Shown in pieces: positions 12,201-24,200 of a stretch of 64,000 bases of DNA. Both the position numbers and the translations under genes were made by a program. How positions within the stretch are numbered: position 1 is the first letter of the stretch; each line of letters opens with the position of its first letter. Origin of the DNA: Perna viridis (taxonomy: Eukaryota); contig CM074518.1 of assembly GCA_037379345.1 (NCBI GenBank), positions 2,790,001 through 2,854,000 on the forward strand. Direction: 5' to 3'. Below the pieces are notes generated by a model. It was not told the DNA's origin and searched no databases. It saw only the letters and a list, made by a program, of their open reading frames with translations.

Positions 12201-15200
12201 ACCTTTACTACAGGTTGGGCTAATTTTTTCTCACTTTAGAAACATGTTTTGAATTCATTTTCGAAAAGTTCCAGATATTGAGTTAAAGGGACACATTTAT
12301 AATTACTTCTATGAGATGATTTATAATCCTTGGAAAACAAATACCTACCTAAAATCATCTCTTTGTAATTAAACTAATAATAAAGGTAAAATATTTTTAT
12401 TAGTAACTTTATTGTTGTCTTTAATTGAACAGATTGTGATTGTTGGACATTTTTACTGATATTAACTTACTTCAGATTTTAAATACTTCATCACTTGCTA
12501 TAAAAGTGTCATTTTTTGTGGTACTCCTGGTCTGTCAAACCACAAAATTTGGTTCTTAGCAAAAAGGAAATTTTCAAATGATTATGAAGACCATTTTTTG
12601 AAGAATATTCAAATTAACATTCCTTCTCTTAACCACAAAAATTTGTTCACACAAAAGAGGGCACTTTCACAGAATTTCTAAAATTATAAAAGTGTTGTAA
12701 ACAATGCTTGGAAATATTAACATACTAAATACCATAATGATGGTTATATTTGACATCTTTAAAGGCATCAAAAGAAAACATATCTCGAAATATACTACCA
12801 GACATTTAGAGAGATAGCTGTAAGAAACTGGGTGAATTTTTTTTTTTGAAAAGATGGTGAGAAATTATGTGAAACATTAGTGAGAAGTTATGTGAAACAT
12901 AAGTGTGAGTAAAATATTAGTGAGAAGCTATGTTTAACATTTGTGAGAAATTATATATAACATTAGTAAGAAGTTATGTGAATCATTTGTGAGAAGTTAT
13001 GTGAAACATTAGTTAGAAGTTATGTGAAACATGAGTGAAAAGTTATGTGAAACATAAGTGAGAAGTTAGGTATACATGAGTGAGAATTTATGTGAAATAT
13101 TAGTGAGAAGTTATGTTAAACATTTGTGTGAAATTATGTATAACATATGTAAGAAGTTATGTGAACCATTTGTGAGCAGTTATGTTAAACATTAATGAGA
13201 AGTTGTGTGAAACATTTTGAGAAGTTATGTGAGCATTGGTAAGAAGTTATGTGAAACATTGGTGAGAAGTTATTTGAAACATTGGTGAGAAGTTATGAAT
13301 ACATTGGTGAGAAGTTATGTGAAACATGAGTGAGAAGTTATGTATACATTTGTGAGATGTTATATACACATTAGTGAGAAGTTATGTTAAACATTAATTA
13401 GAAGTTGTGTGAAACATTTTGAGAAGTTGTGTGAAACTTTTTGAGAAGTTATGTGAAACAGTGGTGAGAAGTTATGTAAAACATTGGTGAGAAGTTATGT
13501 GAAACATTGGTGAGAAGTTATGTGATTTATAAGGGAGAAGTTACGTGAAATATTAGTGAGATGTTATGAGAAGTTATGTGAAATATTAGTTAGAAGTTAT
13601 ATGAAATAGGGGTGATAAGCTATGTGAATAATAAGGGAGAAGTTATGTGAAACATTGGTGAGAAGTTATGTATACATTGGTGAGAAGTTATGTGAAACAT
13701 TAATTAGAAGTTGTGTGAAACATTTTGAGAAGTTATGTATACATTGGTGAGAAGTTATGTGAAACATTTTGAGAAGTTATTTGAAACATTGGTGAGAAGT
13801 TATGAATACATTGGTGAGAAGTTATGTAAAACATTGGTGAGAAGTTATGTGAAACATTGGTGAGAAGTTATGTGATTTATAAGGGAGAAGTTACGTGAAA
13901 TATTAGTGAGATGTTATGAGAAGTTATGTGAAATATTAGTTAGAAGTTATATGAAATAGGGGTGATAAGCTATGTGAATAATAAGGGAGAAGTTATGTGA
14001 AACATGAGTGAGAACTTTGGTGAATATTAAGGGTGAAGTTATTTGAATCATTTATGAGAAGTTTGGTGAATATTAAGGGAGAAGTTATAAGAAAAATAAG
14101 TGAGAATTAATGTGAAACATTAATAAAAAATAAAGTGAAACATTACTGAGAGGTTATGTGAACCATTAACAAAGGAAGTGATCAGCTTGTGTTGTCATAT
14201 GATGGTCTGAAAAAAAAACTACATATAATCCATTACTAAGGTTCCTCTATATGGGGTTTAACAATATTTCCATTGTAATCACTTATGACTTATTTTTTCT
14301 GTTGTTTGCAAGGTAATTTTTATCTCTGTTTACAGATCCAAAGGACTCAGCTATGGACTTCAGATCTCTTCTAAAACACAGGTATGTAACCTTTGCATGA
14401 AATGTATTCTTTTGTTAAAATAAAATTAATTTACCAAAACTAGAATAATTTGAGATGATGAGGAAATAGATTTGTTATGTTGGTGCCTGAACCATTGAAG
14501 AGAGACAGTTTAGTTTGTACAATGAATATAAAAATAGAAGATATAGAAACCTGTTTAAATCGAACCCTTAATAATCTGAAAACCTGTCTAAACTCTCAAC
14601 TCTGAATAATCTGAACACCTGTCGAAACAGAACTCTGAATAATCTGAAAACCTGTCTAAACCAGACCCTGAATAATCTGAAAACCTGTCTAAACCAAACT
14701 GAAAAAATCTGAAAACCTGTCTAAACCGAAATGAATAATCTGAAAACCTGTCTAAACCGAAATCTTAATAATCTAAAAACGTGTCTAAACCAAACTGAAT
14801 AATCTGAAAGCCTGTCTAAACCAAACCCCAAATAATCTGAAAACCTGTCTAAACCAAACTCTGAATAATCAGAAAAAACAGTCTAAAACAGATTTTGTTT
14901 AAACTTCCATCAACATTTGTACAAGATTTTGTAACTTTCCTTGATTTTAGTATACTTATAATGATATTTAATTTAATGTCATCATCCTTTGTTGAAATAA
15001 TAAAAATTGCGTGTGACTTTGTAAATGACTTAGTAATGTGTTATCATTCTCAGTGTAAACCTAATGTGTTACTATTCTTAGGGGTATATGATGTATGATG
15101 GCTTTGAAATACTTTTTTCGAGAGATGACATTTGTTAATACGGTTGAAAGTCTCAGGAGAAAACAAATAACTTTAAGTCATTTGTTTCAGGGAACATAAA

Positions 15201-18200
15201 AAGAAGGCAGATGATGAAGATGACATTGATTGGGGCTCATTAAAACCAGGTTTGTTGTCCGCCAGTCTGTTTCCCAATATCCTAAATATACATTATCTGC
15301 GGCTATTGAAGTCAAAATAGTTCTGTTCTTATAAGTCACCATTTCTATATAATGAACTGTTTATTAAATACATACAATTTATCATTTTCCTATGAAACAA
15401 TACTTTTCTAGAACTGTCTAAGAAAACTGTTGGAATGGAATAGATAATTTAATACATTGGCAGGATTTTATTTTGCAATGACATTTTATTGTAGATTATT
15501 AATGTTCGAAATCAAAGTTTGTAATTTTTGTTAATATTTTTTGTCAACATATTATTATCATTTAAGATGCCATTTATACTAAAACTTTGAAAAAATAACA
15601 AATAATCCACTAATTACGAGACTTTTGAAGAACGATGGTGATTTGAGGGAAGTTTCCACTGTCCTTGTATAAAGCTTTCTATGTTGTCTTTAAGATCAGA
15701 CATTTGAAGCTTTTGATAGGTTTTATTCAGAGTTATGTGTACTCTTATTTCAGTGGATACTCCACCTGGACCGCCTCAGAGTATGTGTAGTCGAGGATTC
15801 CCCCTTAAGCTAGAGCAATTCTGCAGGGCGCTGTTATCTGCTGTGTCGAACCAACTGCAACTTATATTTTGCTATTCAGTAAATTGAAAAATTGGTTCCA
15901 ATTGAAAGAGTGAAAATTTTTTTTCCAAATTTCTAATATCTTGATGATAAACAAATCATAGGATATTTTTTTTTCAATAACAGACTATCTCCGCCCGTAT
16001 CTAAAGGTACTAGCTTCAGATGATGGAAATCACATAATTAAGGGTTTGCTAAAATATCTGCTTTTATTTAACTACTTTAATGATATCTGTAGTATACTAG
16101 GTAAAATTATTGTGACTATGGTCTTTGAATGACTAATTTCCTCCTTATTTTTGAGGTATGTTTTATATTTGTTAAATTGCACATTTATTATTCTAACACA
16201 AATATTTTGTTTTCAATCAGTTTTGTAAAGAAAGAGATATTTGAGTAATAAGTTACAGTTGGTTGGTTTTGCAAGCGCATTGATATCCAGATTTGTGACT
16301 GTCTTTATTGCTTTGTAGATTTAGTTTTGTTTTTATAGATAGAGGTTGTTTTACATCAGTAGGGTCACAAGTTCATAATTAGACATAAAGTGATTTGTGC
16401 TTATTGAAGAACAAAATAGTTCAAAAGTCACCAAATTTGTAGTATTAAAATGATTCTGGCATGCCTAAATAGTTAGATTTAAGAGTGACACCTGATTTCT
16501 TTAAATGTTGTTGGGTTTCTGTTAAATTTAAATTTGGAGAAGTGTGCTCTATAGTTTAGATAATGACATTTACAGTTTTAACTGAATTGATTTTTTTCTC
16601 CTTTTTAAAGGCAGGCATAAAATTGTCAAGATCTGTTGAAGAATTGACTTGAATATAAAACATTTTGGGTTTTTTTAGCAGTTTATGCTTAGCTGTTGAA
16701 ATTCCGTTTATCTATATGTATTTATTTTAAGTGCCTTGTGTTTATATCGAAGTTTGAATTATTCGTTCATATATACATATACTTTTTTTTATTTTATGTA
16801 TGCTTGTATATTTGTGCTGTGCCTTAGTGTTTAACAGGCACAAAATGCATTCTTCATTTTCTGTAGCAATTTAATTTAAAAATCCTGTTGAAATTCACAC
16901 GTAAGAAAAGCGCACTGCTCTTCAATAACTATTGCTGCTTTGATCACGACATTTAAATGCTTTGTATTTAACTACTGCGCATATTTTTTTGCAGATTTCA
17001 ACAAAAATATTAAAAATATATTTTGCTTTTTCACGACTTATATGTACTATTCAACTTTCCTCTAAAACCTAAAAGAATCTAACTAATATTGACCAATCAA
17101 AATCATGGATGAATATTTAATATTGTATAACCTTATATATGTTTGTATCATAGTTAAGAAAGAAAGACGTGCATCCATTATTGACACGATGAAGGAACAG
17201 ATAGCAGAGGATACTCATAGCAAGGTATGTTATACTATGACAGAGTTACCTCTCTTTGAATACTGTAAATTTGAAATGTTTGCATCAGTACCTTTTTTAT
17301 TAAACATTTCAGAATAAGAGACTTTTTTCATTTGATTTTTTTTAATTATTTGAGGTGATTGCATGATAATAATGCATAATTGAACAAATAGAAAACTAAA
17401 ACTTTTGGCTAATACTGTATTGCTTTTGATGCTATTATTTCTGAATTTTCAGTATTCAGTTTGATATTTTGACATTTTAATAAATGATCTATATTATTTG
17501 ACACACTGTTTATGACTTCAGCTGTACAGTTTATTTTAGCATCATTATTTAGAACAAATTATTAGTATTAAATTGTTACTTGTGTATAAATCTATAATGT
17601 ATATCCTAATATAAATCTCTTTGGAAGTACCATACTAAATATACATGTATGATTGAAGCCAAACAGTGCTAGTTCCTCCAGGAGAGGGTCAACTATTTTT
17701 GAAACAGAACCTAAATTATTAAGAAGAGGGACACCAATTTTTGATATGGACCCCAAATTTAGAAGAGGGTCATTGATGTTAGATGCTGAGCAAAAGTTCT
17801 CAAGACAAGGCTCTACCATTTTCGACACTGAGCCAAGAATTCAACCGTTTAGAAGAGACAGTTGGATGCGAAAGTTGTCCACCTCTTCCACTGGCTCAGA
17901 AGCAGATTTTTTTCATGTGCAATTACGCCATCGAGACACTTCAAAAGACAAGGCAGTATTTCTTGCTTTGATGTGTCTTTTGTAGATCCGCTAGGTTTTT
18001 TGTGTGTCTATTTTTAGATTTGCTAGTCAATTCTATACATATATGATATATTTAGTTAGATACATTGTTGATGACTCTGTTTACTACTCTTATAATGTTA
18101 TCAATTACGGTCAGTTATAATTGAGAATTTTATAGGTTTGAATTTTAAATAAACAATTTTGAAAGAACACAAAAGGTGTATTCCTTTTGGACATAGACAT

Positions 18201-21200
18201 AACTATTGACTATTAGTTTAATTTTGTTCACGGTGCATGAGGGGCTTAATGGTAATAGGTTAAAGTGATATATGAAATCAAAATATGTTCGCTTTACTCC
18301 ATTTTCTTACCGATTTGAGCTGATTATAATTTACACTATATATTTCACTTACATGAATCCTGTAGGTAACTATATATCAGTCAGTTTTATACAAAATTCT
18401 TGCTGGGAAATACTTAAAATGATTATTACATGTATGTAATCTATATTTGGTATTATGTAAATATGGCTCTCATATTACTTTACTAATATTTTATGTCATT
18501 AAATGTTGTTTTTTTTAGTTTTCAGTTTTTGCTAGGTTATTAGTAGAATAATTAACAAGTTGTTTTTAACTTTATTTTGCATCTGTAGCCAGAAATAGAT
18601 TTGAAAAACCGCAGACTCTCATTGAAACATAATGTACATGTAAGTGTAGGTTGAAGTCCTTCTGCACATATCACATCATGCCTTTCTCTATACACATTAT
18701 TCTCCTTGGTAGCAATTCTCTGTTGTCTTATTCCAGAACATATCTATTGTTATTATGGAAACTCAGCATTACCATTACCATTCAGATTATCATCCTTCAT
18801 TGATGTATACTACTTTTGGCTGAAATAATACAGTAAAATTAAATCAGACTTCTCCATTTGTTCACCACTGTTATCTCATGGTGCTATCCACACTGTTGAT
18901 AAGAGACCTGGGAAGAGAGTATCAAATTGATTCCCTTTTTTTTAAAGAAAAAATATGAAAAAGTTTTAAAAAGTTTAAAGAGATTTGGAATTCCATAAGT
19001 TTATTAATATTAAAATGAGCTTTGTATGTTAATGTTGAGCTTTCGTATTATAAGAGCTTCATACTGGACATATATTACACATCCTCTTCAGTCATTTACT
19101 TCATCCATACAGCACTTACAATCATATAATACATGTTGTTTAGTAATCTGTTTCATAAAATATTATAAAAATTTGAATATCCTCATATCTTCAAGATTTG
19201 TTAAAATAATCTATTCCTATTTGTTTCATTATGGTTTAGGTGTAAAAGGAATGAGGAAATATTCTGTGGAGATTATTTTATGAAACAGAACCCATTTACT
19301 GCACATTCAGTAGTTATAGATTTTCTAGTGCTTCCTATATACATACTGGTAGTTGATGCAGAATTTCAACCATTTTCTGCTGTATGCAATTCTGAAATGG
19401 TTCCTTTATATCCCATGATTCCTGTTTCCTCTATATATTCAAGCACAAATGTTACCCTTCCACTTTTTAGCTTTAGAACTTACAGATATGTTACCAATCA
19501 TTGTAGTCTATATAGTATGCATACAGCTACATACATTAATTTAGTAGGTGTCTTTCTATTCATTTTCTTAAAAAAAAACAGTAATGATAAATTTGTTGTA
19601 ATCTGGAAGGAATATTGTACATTTGTTACTGAAGACTGTTTTTTGTATTGAGATTTTTATTGTTCTACTGGTTTTTCTATTTTTGAAACTTTTATAGGGA
19701 GGTGTTTTCTATGAATTGGGACAGTGTGACGAAGTCACTAGGATACATACTTTCTCTGTTTAGATTTTTATCCACTCAATAGCTCTATAGTTCTGGTCTT
19801 TTCTCATCATATACATTCTGTATCATATTTAAGTTTTTTCATGATGCCTTGTTTCCTTTGAGGTGTTTCATTGTTTCAAGTAATGAGTAGAAGTTTTTTT
19901 CTCTCTTTGGTATTCTATTGGTCATGAAGTAATATACCATTGTTGATTTTTTTAAATTTTATTTTTGATAAGCATGAGTTCTTGGTTTCAATGAGTTTGT
20001 GTGCATTTTCTATAATTTCTACCAGAGTTGATTTTCTTTTTTATTTGATTGTCTTGTCATAGTTAAGGAACATTTTATCTTATTGCCAAATATTTCCATA
20101 CCATGTCTTATTTATCCACATTATGGTGTGTTTCACTCCCCTGTTTCCTCTAACCCTATACCATCTTTATTTTTTAGCCTCAATCACAGAAGGTAAAACC
20201 CCTAGTTTTGATGTTGTAACTCTGTCTGTAAGAATAATGTAATCACAGTTATTAATTTTGGGAAATTATTAATATAAATAATACTTAACAAATTAATACA
20301 AAATCAAAATATTAATATAATTAATATATAAAACTATTACTACAGGGGTGACACGAAAGGATATTTTCCTAATTTTTAGGTATATTTGAATTTTTTCATA
20401 CAATTCTTTTCTGCTTTCTATACATTTTTTGACAATTATTTATATTATTTTCATCTGTATTAGCAAATTCCATTTGTGAAATGAAAACCATTCTCCAATT
20501 GTCCTATATGGTGTCACTCCTCTCTCACTAATACAGATTACTTCAAAGATGTATTATTTACTTTTGATATGGAGAGAAAAAGGTATACATAGAGAGCCAT
20601 TTGTCTGAGGTCACATAAGAAATTAAACTGTTAAGAAATATATCAGCTCAAATACTTAAATGAATAATAGAATCTATTTAAAGTTTATTATACAGATTTC
20701 AGTATTTTCCAGTATTCATAATTATATAAGAAATTGGAAAGATTGATTACTGATTGTAGGATGCTTTACACTTTTATTAGTTTTATTTGTTTCTTTTGAT
20801 CCTCTATCTGTATTGAAATTATTAAAATGTGGACATTTGTTAAGCCCAGTCCCAAGAGAGAGTATACATTGCTTCAAAGCATTTCCATATTTATTTGTAG
20901 GAGTGTTTATTACCCAGGAATCAGTCTTTTCACTTTCTTCAGTTATTATACCAATGCCTACTGTATTGATCAGTATCTCTAAGTCCTTGTCTTATAAAGA
21001 CTACTTTCCACATCGTATACAGTGTAATTGTAGAGTACAGATTACCCCAGTAGTTTATTTATATTTTGCAGTATTATTAATGGTCAGATGATTTCATTCA
21101 ATCATATTTCCATTTCTTTTAATTATAATATAGTTTCAAATCTGTCAATAATTTTCAATGTATACAGTAGTTCATTTGGTATAATAGTTGAATAGTTGTA

Positions 21201-24200
21201 TGTTAAGTTAAGAAATTCCAATAAAGTATCAATATTATTGCTTGACCTTATTGCACTAAACAGAGAGACTCAGCTTTTGCCCAAAGAAAACTATCTCGAG
21301 AAAACTTGGAGGTAGAGAGAGCAACAGTAGATAAACTTGAGGCCTTGGAACAACAACGTAGATCCTCTATGCAACAATTCCGTAGGCCCTCCCTTGTTGA
21401 TGTTATACCTGATTGGCCAACACTACAACATAGGGAGGTTAAAAGAGAGGTAGATGAGAAATCGTTGTCACTAACACTAACATTGCAGCATCCTTATGCT
21501 TCTCCGTTTTATTTTCAAAATTTAATTTGAGTTATCTCCCTTACCTCATATTTTAATTTTAAGCATGCTCTCAGTTCATTGCTTTGATAATTGTTCTTCT
21601 ACTCATGTGCTTTATTTATAAACACTTATGAAGTGAAATTATAAATTTGGTAAATTAATTCTGGTATGTTATACTCATTTTTTATCTAAAATATCCAAAA
21701 ATCTTAAACCACTGGTAAAAAAATATTTAATATTCTATTCTAATAAATTTATATATGCTTTGACATCAGATAATATTTGGATAGCAGTAACATACTGAGA
21801 AACTAGTTTTCACATTATGGAGACAATAGGGGATGGTATTGTACTAATTGGTTAAAGTTTTTCTGTTGTGCAAGCATGATATTTCAATATAAGGAGTGCA
21901 GTGGTTATATAGGGGGTAGACAAACAGCTGAATAGTAGGATTAGTTGTGTCTTATTCAAGTTCTATTTTGGCTTTAATGTAGGGATAGATTTTTTGGATG
22001 GCTTTGCATTTACTATATTTATTGCTTTTTTTCAAATTCAGCTTTATATGGTTTTTTGTGTATGTGTTTGGCAAGAAATTGTATTGATTTATTATGTTTT
22101 TTATACCAGACTTGTAAGGTTGCTATAGTTTCCTCTCATCCACTGTTAGCAGTGTTAATGTTTAAGTCTTTATTTATCACTTTTCTTATTAAGTTATTTC
22201 ATCTTTTCATTTCTTACAAGTTTATTTTTCTTTTATTCTGAATTCTTTTTTCTCCATGGCTAAACTAATCTTTTCTAACTTTTACCTGTCTTCTCATGGT
22301 GTAGTATGAGACATCTATAGACAGAATGACCTTTGACCTTCATTTAGGCATGAAAATGTTTAATATACAGTTGTTCATTTGTGTTTCCATAGAAACCAGA
22401 CAAGTTCATGATAGAACTGGATGATGTCAAGGCTGTTGAAGGAGACAAAAAAGCTGCTTTTGAAAGTGAATTTTGTAAACCTAATGCCAAGGTCAAATGG
22501 TTTAAAAATAAACTGGAAATCTTTGCTGGACATAAATACCACTTTGAGAATGAGGACAAAAAATACAGACTTGTTATTAACAATGTCAAACTTGAGGATG
22601 GAGGGAAGTACACACTGGAATGTAACGGTGTTAAAACAGGAGCTTGGTTATATGTTGAAGGTATGTAGAATTAATCATTTCTAACCAATGCAGAAATAGA
22701 AAAAATATGTAGAATCAGAGAATCTGTTCAAACATGATTACTTAAAAGTTCCAAATTTCAATGTTACAACTGTAATAATTGTTACATTTGTAATACAATT
22801 GTTGATATCTTGTTTTAGCCAAAACGCCTGAGTATGGATTTACACAGAAACTCCCAGAGAAATATGAACAAACCAAGAGGAAGGAAGCTAACTTAGAGTG
22901 CTTTGTCAATGATACAAGAGCTCGAGTTAAATGGTTCAAAAATGGCCAACCAATCGAGGTATAGTAACAGTGTGTGTATAGATATTTTGTAGTTATTAGG
23001 TTTTGTTAAAGTTTGACTTGATTGGTTAGGCTATGAGATACTGAAAACCAACTTATTTTGGGGATGGTCTATTTTTGCTCATTTATTACAGGAATAAGAA
23101 AAAAAATTGAATAATTTATGTATAATTATTCAGTATTGTGTAAAAATGCAACAAAAGCCTCTACATAAATAAGTTGGTTGCAAATAGATTCATAATTCAA
23201 GGTCTCAGATTTTCAAAAGAAAGAAAAATTTGGGCAGTGATGTATTTTTCATAATTGTAAATTATTTAGAACAAGCTCTGCTTTATAATATGAAAAACTT
23301 GATACCAGTCTTGTTAAAGAGATTGCAGCAGGTCCCTAAAATCTGGTTTGATTTTTTAATTTCTCAAACACCTACCGATGCTATTATTATATTCTTACAA
23401 CCTGAATTTTGCATATCAACTTGAAAAGTTTTGATAAGTAAAATTTAAATTCCATTAAAACATGTATCTTTGCAAATTCTTTTCATTAAACATTTTTCAT
23501 TTTCTGTTAAACAGCATTTAACAGTCTGCATGATATTTATAAAGATTGGTACCAGAAGTCAATTATACAAAACTTTGTTAAAATTATGTCTTATTTCAAA
23601 TTTTACTGTCATACTAAATTACAAAGAAATTTTACATTGACTGCTTTTTTTGGGTTAGTTGCTGGGACTTTGGAGAGTAGATATTGAATGGTTATGATTT
23701 GTCTTGTTTGAAATAAAAGCAATTATTTGGTACATTGTATAAGAATTACTGTTTGTTTTGTAATAGTGATTTGGTCTGTTGGGAGATGACACAATAGAAT
23801 CTCATTTAATCATATTATTAGTGTTTGTAAATATGTAAAGTCATGCAAAGTTTAATCTTTATCTTGTAAGTAATCCAGCAAAGTTTAACCATAATCAAGG
23901 ATCCTTTAATAAATTAATGAAATTGAGAATTAATAATTTGATGTTAACTTATTTTAAGTAGGTGTTCCAATCATATTTCTTTGATTTTTGTCCAGTTCAT
24001 TATCAAAGGACACTTATCACAATTCAGGACTTCAAAAGAAAATTCTAAGTGATCAAATATCATACTTTTGGAAGAAAGTGTTGTGGAAGCATGGAATCTG
24101 ATTGGTCTTCATATCCGTCTTCACTTGCAATGTAATCAAAAATTTGAAAATCGTATCGAAATCTCTTTGGTATTACAGAGTTAGGTTTAGTCCTTGGTTT

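Noticed and set aside
19026-21091. ORFs of 85-123 aa in the D1-region introns
   Set aside because: AT-rich, I/F/L/Y-biased translations typical of non-coding DNA; no usable splice phase or motifs
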